Shown in pieces: positions 1 through 9,676 of a stretch of 64,000 bases of DNA; positions within the stretch are counted from its first letter, which is position 1, and every line of letters begins with the position of its first letter. The notes under the pieces are model-generated. The model searched no databases and had not been told where the DNA came from. It was given only the letters and a program-made list of their open reading frames with translations. Origin of the DNA: Alphaproteobacteria bacterium. GTDB taxonomy: Bacteria > Pseudomonadota > Alphaproteobacteria > JAAXGF01. Both the position numbers and the translations under genes were made by a program. Location: contig CAUVXB020000002.1 in assembly GCA_963555825.3 (NCBI GenBank), positions 1,632,001-1,696,000 on the forward strand. Direction: 5' to 3'.

Positions 1-1
1 G

Positions 2-142
2 GAGATAGCGCGTCATCTTCTTAAGACCTACAACGACGAGTGCTCGTGGGGGAAGCGCAACGGACTGTATTACAAGGAGTATTTGGAGGACTGGATCGGC
101 GAGAAAGCGTATGAAGACCATGCTGTAACAAAATCTCGGTAG
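2..142 (+). CDS. 3' end of an unknown lower-GC ORF, possibly an IS1595 passenger gene (runs off the window start)
   Basis: Open frame EIARHLLKTYNDECSWGKRNGLYYKEYLEDWIGEKAYEDHAVTKSR* ends at TAG 140-142. It is more AT-rich than host genes and converges on the transposase. Confidence 0.45.
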   Translation, partial: EIARHLLKTYNDECSWGKRNGLYYKEYLEDWIGEKAYEDHAVTKSR

Positions 143-153
143 ATTAAACAATC

Positions 154-351
154 ATGAAACCGATGCTTGATCCCGCCCGCGATCTTGCGGGCGCAACGCC
201 GGAAAAACTGGCTAAGGCGCTGTTCCGGCGCACGGAGCCTTTACGCCCCGGAACCCGACGAAAGCCCGTTGTCCGCGATGAGGTCGCGGTAGAGAAGGTT
301 GCGCCCGACCAGCCGAGCGACAGTATCCCGCATTTGCACAAGCGTCCCTGA
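154..351 (+). CDS. Small 65-aa ORF antisense to and overlapping the 3' end of the IS1595 transposase
   Basis: ATG start after an AT-rich stretch. N-terminus MKPMLDPARDLAGATPEKLAKALF lies outside the transposase, and the last 111 nt overlap it. Confidence 0.4.
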   Translation: MKPMLDPARDLAGATPEKLAKALFRRTEPLRPGTRRKPVVRDEVAVEKVAPDQPSDSIPHLHKRP

Positions 352-1215
352 ATCGCGGATGTTGTGCTTGCCAGCGAACTCCTGGACGTAACGGTCAAGA
401 TGCTTGGGGCTGATCTTGTGGAAGGTGCCCTTGTGGGCGCGCTTGAGCATCGACCAGAAGGACTCGATCCCGTTGGTGTGCGCCATCCCGTTGACATATT
501 CGGAGACCGAGTGCTTCACGCTTTGATGCGGGTTCGGTATCCCTTCGTAGGCCGCCGCGTCATCGGTGTAGACCACGGCGTCCGGCTCGGCGTTCTCGGC
601 TACGAAGTCATGCAGCGTCTCGCGGTCGGTCGCTTCTACCACCTGCGCCGCAACCTTGTTGGTGGCCCGGTCCTTCGCGCCAACGACCGCGACCTTGCCT
701 ACCGCGCCCCGGCCCGTTCCCGCAAGCTCCTTGCGCTGGGCATTCGACATGTTGCGGCGCTTCCCGCCGAAGTAGGTTTCGTCGAACTCGACCGGCCCGT
801 CGAACGGACCTTCGCTGTCGCCGCCCCAGGCTTCCCTAATGCGATGAAGCATGAACCACGCCGTCGGCTGCGATACACCGATGTCGCGTTTCAGCTTCAT
901 CGACGAAACCGACTTGAGCGAGGTCAGGCACAGATAGATCGCGATCGCCCACTTCCGAAGTGGGATTTTCGACCGCTGCATGGCGGTGCCCGTCTTGACG
1001 CTGAAATAGGATCGGCAATCGGTGCACCAATAGGGCATCTTCGCGTGGCTGGCCTCACTGGTGCGGAGCGATCCGCACTTGGGGCAGTGGCGACCGTCTG
1101 GCCAGATTACCGATTCGAACCACGCCGTGGCGGCTTTCTCGGTCGGAAACATATCCATCAACTGAACGATGGTGAGCCCATTGCGGTGAGCTTTTCCGGG
1201 TGCTTTTTTCGCCAT
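241..1215 (-). CDS. IS1595-family (ISXO2-like) DDE transposase
   Basis: Zn ribbon CPKC...YWCTDC, then VEFDETYFGG, VYTDD and HTNGIESFWSMLKR motifs. ATG at 1215 follows a GGGAGAG RBS. Confidence 0.95.
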   Translation of the reverse strand: MAKKAPGKAHRNGLTIVQLMDMFPTEKAATAWFESVIWPDGRHCPKCGSLRTSEASHAKMPYWCTDCRSYFSVKTGTAMQRSKIPLRKWAIAIYLCLTSLKSVSSMKLKRDIGVSQPTAWFMLHRIREAWGGDSEGPFDGPVEFDETYFGGKRRNMSNAQRKELAGTGRGAVGKVAVVGAKDRATNKVAAQVVEATDRETLHDFVAENAEPDAVVYTDDAAAYEGIPNPHQSVKHSVSEYVNGMAHTNGIESFWSMLKRAHKGTFHKISPKHLDRYVQEFAGKHNIRDSGTLVQMRDTVARLVGRNLLYRDLIADNGLSSGSGA

Positions 1216-1532
1216 TTCCACTCTCCCTTCCTACCCTTAAGATATGGGGAGGCGGCATGAAAATGTCAACCCTTCTTTGTAATTCCCTTTGTATTTGCGT
1301 GTCCAGGCACGAAAAATCGAATTAAACCGTTACGACTATTCATGATGGATATGCAACTATGAGAAGCGCGGTGGTCGCGCCATGACAAGTGGGACGCCCA
1401 ACGGCGTAAGCGAGAGATCTTGACCAGGCATCCGTACCGCCACGTGACAATGTGGCCAGATCCGGCCGATCGAATTCACCATGCCAAGCCGAAATCAGCG
1501 CGTAACCCGCCGCCGCCGCGATGCCCGCGCCG

Positions 1533-2135
1533 CTAAAGGAGTTCGATGACGAGTTCGGTCGGGCCGCCTGGTGCGTTGACTTGCCAGTCGTTGACCTTGA
1601 GGTCGTAAGGGCACGATGAGACGACGCAAATCAGCTCGGCGCAGGCCTCGAGCTCGACATAGGCGCCCGGCGGCACCGGGTTGGGCGGCGAGGTCAGCCG
1701 GCCGTCGGCGTCGACATGGGTGTTGGTGAAGAAGTTCACCGGCTGCGGCACGACGTCGATCTGATGGCCGATCGCGTGCATCGCCGCCTTGCAGTTCTCG
1801 GCGCAGCTGGCGTGCGGGCCGACGTGGCCGAGCTGGGCGTAGCGTTCGGCATCGCAGGCCGACAGCAGCATGTCATGGACGCCGTCGGCGCCGTCCTCGA
1901 CGAAGTCGACGATCGGCCGGCGGTGACGGCTCAGGAAACTTTCGCCGGGCCGTGGCTTGATCGAACGGTTGGCCACCCAGGTGTGCATCGGCGCCAGCCA
2001 TTCGCCGATGTCGTCGGCGCGGAAGGCAAAGAAGTCGGCCGCCTGCCTGCCGTGCGGCGTGACGATACGGAAGTGCTGGCCGGCGGCGACGCGCACCGCG
2101 AGACCGCCAGCGGCGGGTACAGTGTGGCGTTCCAT
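1533..2135 (-). CDS. DUF1989 / urea carboxylase-associated family protein
   Basis: GRQAADFFAF, HDMLLSACD, SCAEN, PQPVNFF and SSCPYDL motifs. ATG at 2135 has a GGGAGA RBS. Confidence 0.85.
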   Translation of the reverse strand: MERHTVPAAGGLAVRVAAGQHFRIVTPHGRQAADFFAFRADDIGEWLAPMHTWVANRSIKPRPGESFLSRHRRPIVDFVEDGADGVHDMLLSACDAERYAQLGHVGPHASCAENCKAAMHAIGHQIDVVPQPVNFFTNTHVDADGRLTSPPNPVPPGAYVELEACAELICVVSSCPYDLKVNDWQVNAPGGPTELVIELL

Positions 2136-2190
2136 GCCTCGGTTCTCCCTTGTCGCGGATTCCGCACAAATACCGATTGGTCGGACTTTA

Positions 2191-2320
2191 CTAACCCGCG
2201 CCAATCTTATCCCAACAAGAGGGCGGGCCGCCGACCGTTCGGCCAGCTTTGATTCCATAAGATTGGCATGCGCGGCGATTGAGCGCAGGTCGTCTTCACG
2301 AAGTGAAGGTGACCGGAAAA
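2191..2320 (-). repeat. Modular hairpin repeat, copy A (one internal unit, loop inverted)
   Basis: Reverse complement aligns by eye with the copies at 15465, 17799, 31517 and 34306 (GACCTGCGCTCAATCGCCGCGCATGCCAATCTT...TGGCCGAACGGTCGGCGGCCC...CTCTTGTTGGGATAAGATTGGCGCGGG). Confidence 0.9.
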
Positions 2321-2327
2321 TAATCTA

Positions 2328-3506
2328 GTGTCCCGATCGATAAATTGATATGATTATGTCTCTATTTGTTTTTAGGAGGCGCGATTGATGGCGAGAGTGG
2401 CGGTGACGATCTCTTTGAGCGATGACGAGCGCGCCGAATTGGAGGCGCTGTCTCGTCGTCGCAAGACGTCGCAGGGGCTTGCGCGGCGGGCTCGGATCGT
2501 CTTGGCGGCGGCGGAAGGGTTGGAGAACAAGGAGATCGCCGTTCGTCTCGAGGCGAGCGCGGACACCGTGGGCAAGTGGCGTCGCCGCTATGCGGCGGAG
2601 GGCCTCGACGGTCTGTACGACGAACCCCGCCCCGGCGCGCCGCGTCAAATCGGCGATGACGCCATCGCGGAAGCGGTCCGGCTGACGCTGGAAGAGACGC
2701 CGCCGGACGCGACCCATTGGAGCCTTCGCTCGATGGCGCGGGCGAGCGGCCACGCGCCCTCGACCATTCATCGCATCTGGCGGGCCTTCGGCTTGCAGCC
2801 GCATCGCTCGGAGACCTTCAAGCTGTCGAGCGATCCCTTCTTCGTGGAGAAGGTCCGCGACATCGTCGGTCTGTATTTGGCGCCGCCGGATCGTGCCCTG
2901 GTTCTCTGTGTCGACGAAAAGAGCCAGATCCAGGCCCTGGACCGTTCCCAGCCCCTCTTGCCGATGCGCCCCGGGCAGGCGGAGCGGCGCAGCCACGACT
3001 ACAAGCGCCACGGCACGACCTCTCTCTTCGCGGCCCTCGACATCGCCACGGGAGAGATCATCGGCAAATGTTTCCCGCGCCATCGGGCCCGAGAGTTCCG
3101 CAAATTCCTCGACCTCGTCGAGGCGAACGTCCCTGCTGATCTCGACATCCACATCGTCATGGACAACTACGGGACCCACAAGACCAAGGCGATCCGCGAC
3201 TGGTTCGCCAAACGGCCGCGCTGGCAGGCCCATTTCACACCCACCAGCGCCTCCTGGCTGAACCAGGTCGAGCGCTGGTTCGGGCTGCTGACCGACAAGC
3301 AGATCAGGCGCGGCGTCCATCGCTCCACCAAGGAGTTGGAGCGCACCATCCTCGACTACATCGACACGACAAACCAGAACCCCAAACCCTTCAAATGGAC
3401 CAAATCCGCCGATGACATCCTCGGCGCCATCCAGCGCTTCTGCCTCCGAACAATCGAAATCGCTGAACAGCAGGCGAAAATCATGCGAACTTCGGAATCG
3501 GGACAC
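2328..3506 (+). mobile_element. IS630-family insertion sequence, complete copy 1
   Basis: Terminal IRs GTGTCCCGAT / ATCGGGACAC, each flanked by TA within CTAG (2325-2328 and 3506-3509). Confidence 0.95.
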
Positions 3507-3509
3507 TAG
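2388..3509 (+). CDS. IS630-family transposase
   Basis: HTH N-terminus with THWSLRSMA, and DDE motifs [18 protein letters not shown] and [19 protein letters not shown]. Confidence 0.97.
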   Translation: MARVAVTISLSDDERAELEALSRRRKTSQGLARRARIVLAAAEGLENKEIAVRLEASADTVGKWRRRYAAEGLDGLYDEPRPGAPRQIGDDAIAEAVRLTLEETPPDATHWSLRSMARASGHAPSTIHRIWRAFGLQPHRSETFKLSSDPFFVEKVRDIVGLYLAPPDRALVLCVDEKSQIQALDRSQPLLPMRPGQAERRSHDYKRHGTTSLFAALDIATGEIIGKCFPRHRAREFRKFLDLVEANVPADLDIHIVMDNYGTHKTKAIRDWFAKRPRWQAHFTPTSASWLNQVERWFGLLTDKQIRRGVHRSTKELERTILDYIDTTNQNPKPFKWTKSADDILGAIQRFCLRTIEIAEQQAKIMRTSESGH

Positions 3510-5380
3510 TGCAGGACCCGCCTGGTCCTCGCGCGGTGGCGTGGCGCCACCGCCGCATCGTCGTCGAACAGGTCGGCGAGCTGGTCGAGCATGACGCCGC
3601 CGAGTTGCTCGGCGTCGACCAGGGTGACCGCGCGGCGGTAGTAGCGCGTCACGTCGTGGCCGATGCCGACGGCGATCAGCTCGACCGGCGAGGTCGCCTC
3701 GATCCAGTCGATGACCTCGCGCAGATGGCGTTCGAGGTAATTGCCGCTGTTGACAGAGAGCGTCGAATCGTCGACCGGCGCGCCGTCCGAGATGACCATC
3801 AAAATGCGCCGCTGCTCGGGCCGTCCGAGCAGACGTTGATGCGCCCACATGAGCGCCTCGCCGTCGATGTTCTCCTTGAGGATGCCCTCGCGCAGCATCA
3901 GGCCGAGGTTCTTGCGCGCGCGCCGCCAGGGCGCGTCGGCCGCCTTGTAGACGATATGGCGGAGATCGTTGAGCCGCCCCGGGTTGGCCGGCTTGCCGTC
4001 GGCCAGCCAGTGCTCGCGCGCCTGGCCGCCCTTCCACGCCCGCGTCGTGAAGCCGAGGATCTCGACCTTGACATCGCAACGCTCGAGCGTGCGCGCAAGG
4101 ATATCGGCCGACAGCGCGGCGACGGTGATCGGCCGGCCGCGCATCGAGCCCGAATTGTCGATCAGCAGCGTCACCACCGTATCGCGGAAATCGCTCTCCT
4201 TCTCCTGCTTGTACGAGAGCGGCATTTCGGGGTTGACGATGACGCGGGCGAGCCGCGCGGCGTCGATGATGCCTTCCTCGAGATTGAATTCCCAACCGCG
4301 CGACTGCTTCGCCAGCAGCATGCGCTGAAGCCGGTTGGCGAGGCGCGCGGTGACGCCCTGCAGTTGGGCGAGCTGGAGGTCGAGCTGGGTCCGCAGGCGG
4401 CTGAGCTCGCCCGGCTCACACAGCGAATCGGCGGTGACGACCTCGTCGAACGCGGCGCTGTACACATGGTAGGTCGGCTTGCGGCGCTCATTGGCGCCGC
4501 TCCAATCGGGGCGCCAGGGCTGGTCGGCGTGGCCGGCTTCCTCCGAGCCCGAACCGGCCATCTGGTCGTCGATCTCGCCGGCCTCGGCCGCGCTGTCGCT
4601 GGTCTCCTGGTCGTCGTCGCCAGACGCGGCGAATGCCTCGAGACCAGCCGCCTCGGCGCCCTCCGCATCGCCTTCGCCTTCGCCGCCCTGGGCCTCGGCG
4701 TCGTCGCCGGCGCCTTGCGACTCGGCGTCGTCGGCCGCGTCGGGATCGCTTTCGGGCTCGGCCAGATCGAGCTCGGCCAGGAGCTGGCGCGCCATGCGCG
4801 CGAAGGCGTCCTGGTCCTCGATCGCCGCGTCGAGCCCGTCGAGCGTGTCGTGCGCCTTGGCCTCGATCAGCGGGCGGCACAGATCGACCATCTTGCGCGC
4901 CGGTTTGGGCGGGCGGGCGCCGGTCAGCCGCTGGCGTACCAGGAAGCCGATCGCCTCGGGCAGTGGTACGTCGTGGTAATGCGCGATGCGCTCGTAGCCG
5001 CGCGCCTTGCAGCGCTGCTCGAGCATCTCGCTCAGATTGGCCGCAACACCCTTGAGCTTACGCGCGCCGATCGATTCGACGCGCGCTTGCTCGACCGAAT
5101 CATAGACCGCCTGCGCGATGTCGCCGCCCGGGCGGCGCCTGGCGTGAACCGCGGTGTCGTGGTGGCGCAAGTGCAGCGCCAGCGCGTCGGCCAAGCCGCG
5201 CGTCCGGCTCACCGCCCCGGGCGCGAGATCGCGCGGCGGCGGCAGTGTCGCCTCGTCACCCTTGGCGCTGGGCGTCTCGCCCGAATAACTGACGACCAGC
5301 TCGCGATGCCGCGACAGCGCCCGCATCGCCGAGGCGACAGCGCGCTTGAACGGCTCGACCGGGTTCTCCCTGTCGTCCAC
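3506..5380 (-). CDS. cobT: Cobaltochelatase subunit CobT
   Basis: vWA motif [36 protein letters not shown] and an acidic linker. GTG start at 5380 inferred; follows cobS. Confidence 0.93.
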   Translation of the reverse strand: MDDRENPVEPFKRAVASAMRALSRHRELVVSYSGETPSAKGDEATLPPPRDLAPGAVSRTRGLADALALHLRHHDTAVHARRRPGGDIAQAVYDSVEQARVESIGARKLKGVAANLSEMLEQRCKARGYERIAHYHDVPLPEAIGFLVRQRLTGARPPKPARKMVDLCRPLIEAKAHDTLDGLDAAIEDQDAFARMARQLLAELDLAEPESDPDAADDAESQGAGDDAEAQGGEGEGDAEGAEAAGLEAFAASGDDDQETSDSAAEAGEIDDQMAGSGSEEAGHADQPWRPDWSGANERRKPTYHVYSAAFDEVVTADSLCEPGELSRLRTQLDLQLAQLQGVTARLANRLQRMLLAKQSRGWEFNLEEGIIDAARLARVIVNPEMPLSYKQEKESDFRDTVVTLLIDNSGSMRGRPITVAALSADILARTLERCDVKVEILGFTTRAWKGGQAREHWLADGKPANPGRLNDLRHIVYKAADAPWRRARKNLGLMLREGILKENIDGEALMWAHQRLLGRPEQRRILMVISDGAPVDDSTLSVNSGNYLERHLREVIDWIEATSPVELIAVGIGHDVTRYYRRAVTLVDAEQLGGVMLDQLADLFDDDAAVAPRHRARTRRVLH

Positions 5381-5390
5381 CCCACGTTCC

Positions 5391-6404
5391 CTATTGTAGC
5401 GAGACCCCGGCCGCCGATTCAGGCAGCTCGATGTTGAAGCAGCGCTGGTAGTATTCAGCCACCACGGCGCGCTCGAGCTCATCGCATTTGTTGAGGAAGG
5501 TCATTCGGAACGCGGTGCCGACGTCGTCGAAGATCTGCGCGTTCTCGGCCCAGGTGATGACCGTGCGCGGCGACATTACGGTCGAGATGTCGCCGGACAT
5601 GAAACCGGCGCGGCTGAGGTCGGCGACCTTGATCATGGTGCTGATCAGCTCGCGGCCCTCTTCGTTGTTGAAATTCGGCGTCTTGGACAGCACGATCTTC
5701 ATCTCGTCGTCGTGGGACAGATAGTTCAGCGTGGCGACGACGTTCCAGCGGTCCATCTGCCCCTGGTTGATCTGCTGGGTGCCGTGATAGAGCCCAGTGG
5801 TGTCGCCCAGACCGATGGTGTTGGTCGTGGCGAACAGGCGGAACGCGTCGTGCGGCTTGAGCACGCGGTTCTGGTCCAACAGCGTCAGGCGACCCTGCGA
5901 CTCCAAGAGGCGCTGGATTATGAACATGACGTCGGGCCGGCCGGCGTCGTATTCGTCGAACACCAAGCTGGTCGGCCGCTGATAGGTCCAGGGCAGCATG
6001 CCTTCGCGGAACTCGGTGACCTGCTTGCCGTCACGCAGCACGATAGCGTCCTTGCCGATCAGGTCGATGCGGCTGATGTGGCCGTCGAGGTTGACGCGAA
6101 TGCACGGCCAGTTGAGCCGCGCCGCGACCTGCTCGATATGGGTCGACTTGCCGGTGCCGTGATAGCCCTGGATCAGGACGCGCCTGTTGTGGGCGTAGCC
6201 GACCAGGATCGCCAATGTCGTGTCGTGGTCGAAATGATAGGTCTCGTCCAATTCGGGCACGTGCTCGCTGGGCTGCGAGAACGCCGGCACCTCCATGTCG
6301 GAGTCGATTCCGAAGACTTGGCGGACCGAGATTGTCAGGTCGGGTCCGTTGGGCGGCATGAGCGGCAGGCCGCTCTTGGGGGAAGCTTCTGTTTGCGTCG
6401 TCAC
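5391..6404 (-). CDS. cobS: Cobaltochelatase subunit CobS (AAA+)
   Basis: Walker [23 protein letters not shown] and [13 protein letters not shown]. Start codon uncertain (GTG 6404). Confidence 0.95.
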   Translation of the reverse strand: MTTQTEASPKSGLPLMPPNGPDLTISVRQVFGIDSDMEVPAFSQPSEHVPELDETYHFDHDTTLAILVGYAHNRRVLIQGYHGTGKSTHIEQVAARLNWPCIRVNLDGHISRIDLIGKDAIVLRDGKQVTEFREGMLPWTYQRPTSLVFDEYDAGRPDVMFIIQRLLESQGRLTLLDQNRVLKPHDAFRLFATTNTIGLGDTTGLYHGTQQINQGQMDRWNVVATLNYLSHDDEMKIVLSKTPNFNNEEGRELISTMIKVADLSRAGFMSGDISTVMSPRTVITWAENAQIFDDVGTAFRMTFLNKCDELERAVVAEYYQRCFNIELPESAAGVSLQ

Positions 6405-6609
6405 GTTCGGGCTCACTGCAGTAAGGGGAGGGCGATCCTGTGGCGCCGCCCATATGCGGCGCCGGACGCAATCCATACAAACGTTGAGCGCGAGAGGCCT
6501 GCGCCCCGCGCGCCGCGAAACACGTCACCTATCACGAGTAGGCTTGCTTCACAAGAAGACGTCCCCCATCGGGCAGCCGCGCGGCCGCCGCAATGTCTGA
6601 AATCAAGGA

Positions 6610-7170
6610 TCAGGCGTAATGCTGGCGAACCAGCAGACGATAGGCTTCGATGACCACTCTCAGACGCTCTTCGGCCGATTCGTCGCGCCCGTTGACGTCG
6701 GGGTGGAGCTGCTTGACGAGCGCCTTGAAGCGATCCTTGATCTCTTCCGGTGTCGCGGTTCGCTCGAGATTCATGGTCGCCAACGCGTCGCGCTCGTTGT
6801 TCGGCAGCTCGACCGCGGGCGCGTCGGGCGCGTCGCCGTCGGCGCCGAAGACGCCGAAGGCGTCCTTGAGCCCGTCGCCGCGAAACGGCGGCCCGTCACC
6901 GCGCGGTACGCCCATCGGCCAGGTCGGCCGGTGACCGGTGATGTCGGCGACGATAAAGGCCTCGACTTCATCCTCGCTCATGCCGGCGAAGTAGTCCCAT
7001 TGGGCATTGTAGCCGCGCACGTGCTCGAGGCAGAACCAGTAGTATTCGGTCAGCGCGTCACGCGAGCGCGGCGCGCGGTGGGCGCCCTCATTCGTACAGC
7101 CCGGGATGTCGCACAAGCGGTGTGGGTGCGATTCTTCGACTTCGGCCGTGACGGTTCGTCTGTCTGCCAT
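6610..7170 (-). CDS. J-domain (DnaJ-like) protein
   Basis: CxxxGC...FCLEHVRGYN N-terminus and a C-terminal J domain with HPD. Usual position upstream of cobS. Confidence 0.88.
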   Translation of the reverse strand: MADRRTVTAEVEESHPHRLCDIPGCTNEGAHRAPRSRDALTEYYWFCLEHVRGYNAQWDYFAGMSEDEVEAFIVADITGHRPTWPMGVPRGDGPPFRGDGLKDAFGVFGADGDAPDAPAVELPNNERDALATMNLERTATPEEIKDRFKALVKQLHPDVNGRDESAEERLRVVIEAYRLLVRQHYA

Positions 7171-7357
7171 GGAACAAGTATGGCGATTACATCGAAGGCG
7201 GGCAAGACGCAGCGCCACCGCCGAAGAGAGGCGGTTCGCGCAGCTACCACCTCCACGCGATAAATACTAGCATGATTCATACTAATAGGCGTCGAAAGTT
7301 GTCGATTTGCATCGGCACTACGTTTATATTCGCGTGTGATATCAGGGGGATCGCAGT

Positions 7358-7618
7358 ATGGCGGGAAGCAAGAAGGGCGAGCGCAACCGCCGCGTGCGCA
7401 GCGGACTCGTCAACCATAATGTCGTGATCAACGGCCGTCGCACGAGCGTCCGCCTCGAGCCCCAAATGTGGGATGCGTTGAACGAAATCGCGCGGCGTGA
7501 AGGGCGGACGATCCACGACATCTGTAGCGAAGTCGACGCCGATCGCGTGCAATCGACATTCTCGGCGTCGCTTCGCGTCTACATTCTCACCTACTTCAGG
7601 TCGGCCGCCAAAGACTGA
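7358..7618 (+). CDS. Ribbon-helix-helix (RHH_4) domain protein
   Basis: NVVINGRRTSVRLEPQMWDALNEIA...SASLRVYIL pattern. Confidence 0.85.
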   Translation: MAGSKKGERNRRVRSGLVNHNVVINGRRTSVRLEPQMWDALNEIARREGRTIHDICSEVDADRVQSTFSASLRVYILTYFRSAAKD

Positions 7619-7645
7619 GCCCGGCCCCGCTGCCGATACCGAGGA

Positions 7646-8194
7646 TCAGTCGCCGGTATACCACTCGGGGAAATTTTCGCGCACGACCGCGCCGTCGCTC
7701 GCCAGCGCGTGGCAGCGGTCGAGGTAACCCGGCTTCGTCTTGGATGCGCCGTCGTCCGCCGTCTTCTCGCGCGACGACCAGATCGTCTGGTACGCCACCG
7801 TCGCCATCGGCCCGAGCAGTTCGACCAGATGGGTGCAACCATTCACGCCGCCGACCACCTCACGCACCTTGCGCATCCAGCCACTGCCGATCTGCAATCC
7901 CTCGATCATGGCGAAACGCGGCGTGATCGCCGGGCACAGCGCGAAGGGTCCGGCGTCGGTCACGGCCTCGGCGCCGCGCACGACGAAATTTTCGTCGACG
8001 GTCAGCCTGAGCCACATGTCGTGCAGCGGCTCGCCTGGCTTGATGTCACCCCGATGGCGGTTGGCGAAGACATAGCTCTTGGTGTCGGTCATATGCGCCT
8101 CGATGTCCCACAAACCGTCGTCGCGGCGGTAGCCGTGACATTCGATGGCGCGCTTGTGCAGCGGCTTGCGCGGCGCTGGATCGGAGAGCGGCAT
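7646..8194 (-). CDS. DUF2889 domain protein
   Basis: GYRRDDGLWDIEAH, PLHDMWLRLT, GCTHLVEL and CHAL motifs. Confidence 0.85.
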   Translation of the reverse strand: MPLSDPAPRKPLHKRAIECHGYRRDDGLWDIEAHMTDTKSYVFANRHRGDIKPGEPLHDMWLRLTVDENFVVRGAEAVTDAGPFALCPAITPRFAMIEGLQIGSGWMRKVREVVGGVNGCTHLVELLGPMATVAYQTIWSSREKTADDGASKTKPGYLDRCHALASDGAVVRENFPEWYTGD

Positions 8195-8300
8195 GGTGAC
8201 CTCGGGTTGGGAGCCTCGTTCGGGACCGCCCCGATATAGAGCCGGCGGCGCGAATTGCAAGAAACTTCGCCGGGACGGCGACCTGGCCTCGGCGCGCGCG

Positions 8301-9590
8301 TCAGCTTTTCCGCGTGTCCTCGTCGTCGGGCGGGGGGGTCACGCGCAGCGACGTGATCTGGTTGCGCTGACGGGCCAGCACCTCGAAGTGGAAGCCTTTC
8401 AATACGAATTTCTGGCTGACCTCGGGGATGCGCTGCACCTCGTGGATAACCAGGCCGGCGATGGTGTTGGCCTCGTCGTCAGGCAGGCGCCAGCCGTAGT
8501 CGCGGTTGAGGTCGCGCAACGTCACCGTGCCGCTCACCGTGTACGAGCCGTCGGGACTTGCGCGCACACCGGTGTAGGCGATGTCGTGCTCGTCGGCGAT
8601 GTCGCCGACGATTTCCTCGAGCACGTCCTCGAGCGTCACCATGCCCATCAGCGCGCCGTATTCGTCGACCACCAGCGCGATGTGGGTGCGCCGCCGCCGG
8701 AACGCCTGCAGCTGCTGGATCAGCGTCGTCGTGTCGGGGATGAACCACGGCTCGGAGGTCATCGCGGTGACGTCGACCTTGTCGATTTCAGTCGAGTTCT
8801 TCGCGACAGCGCGCAGGATGTCCTTCGAATGCAGCACGCCGATAATGTTATCGGTCTCGTCGCGCCACAACGGGAATCGCGTATAGGGGCTCGACGTGAC
8901 CTGCTCGACGATGCGCGCCGGCGGCTGATCGGCGTCGATCATCAACATGTTCCGTCGGTGCACCATGATCTCGCCGACCTCGACGTCGCCGAGATCGAGG
9001 ATGCTGTCGAGCATGTCGCGCTCCTGCTTGATCATGTCGCCCTCGCGGCTGTGCAGGTCGATGGCGCCGCGCAGCTCGTCCTGGGCGCTCGTCATGCGCG
9101 CGCTCTCGTCGATGTTCGCGCCCATCAGCTTTAGCGTGACGCGCACGATGCGCTGGACCACCACGGTGACCGGTGAAAACACGACGACGACGACGCGCAT
9201 CAGTGGCGCGACGCCGAGCGCGACGCGCTCGGCGTTGCGCAAGGCATAGGTCTTGGGCAGCACCTCGGCGAAGATCAGCACCAAGAGCGTGACGCCGAGC
9301 GTCGCATAGGCGATGCCGGCCTCGCCGAACAGGCCGATCATTACGCTGGTGGCGAGCGACGAGGCGAAGATGTTGACCGCGTTGTTGCCCAACAGGATGG
9401 CGCCGATCAGCCGGTCCTTGTGGTCGAGCAATCGGTTGACCAAGCGCGCGCGCCGGTTGCCTTCGTTCTCCAGGTGGCGCAGGCGCGGCCGCGACGCGGC
9501 CGTCAGCGCCGTCTCGGAGCCGGAGAAGAAAGCGGATACGACGAGCAGCCCGGCGATCGTGAGCAGGGAGATCAGCAGCGCTGTTTCCAT
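8301..9590 (-). CDS. HlyC/CorC (CNNM-CBS) family transporter
   Basis: SAFFSGSETALT, ILLGNN, FAEVLPK and CBS pair VVDEYG...TLEDVLEEIVG. Confidence 0.93.
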   Translation of the reverse strand: METALLISLLTIAGLLVVSAFFSGSETALTAASRPRLRHLENEGNRRARLVNRLLDHKDRLIGAILLGNNAVNIFASSLATSVMIGLFGEAGIAYATLGVTLLVLIFAEVLPKTYALRNAERVALGVAPLMRVVVVVFSPVTVVVQRIVRVTLKLMGANIDESARMTSAQDELRGAIDLHSREGDMIKQERDMLDSILDLGDVEVGEIMVHRRNMLMIDADQPPARIVEQVTSSPYTRFPLWRDETDNIIGVLHSKDILRAVAKNSTEIDKVDVTAMTSEPWFIPDTTTLIQQLQAFRRRRTHIALVVDEYGALMGMVTLEDVLEEIVGDIADEHDIAYTGVRASPDGSYTVSGTVTLRDLNRDYGWRLPDDEANTIAGLVIHEVQRIPEVSQKFVLKGFHFEVLARQRNQITSLRVTPPPDDEDTRKS

Positions 9591-9676
9591 GGCCTAATCG
9601 GAACCCGCCCAGCGCGTGCATGCGCGGGCTTGAGGGCTCCCAGTCCCTTTCATATGGCTCGGGGTGGGTGGCGTCG

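Larger units (their letters stand above)
1..1287 (-). mobile_element. IS1595-family element, left end near 1287; other end probably outside the window
   Basis: Transposase plus upstream segment starting GGGAATTAC (minus strand, 1287) with TTGACA at 1269-1264. The boundary is inferred because no second IR was found. Confidence 0.6.

Noticed and set aside
1290-1530. Lower-GC spacer between the IS1595 end and the DUF1989 stop
   Set aside because: No convincing ORF, repeat or RNA structure could be identified by eye.
2225-2245. ACGG-loop hairpin upstream of the DUF1989 gene as a guanidine-II riboswitch
   Set aside because: Only one ACGR hairpin, with an A-U closing pair. The same hairpin occurs in repeat copies beside unrelated genes.
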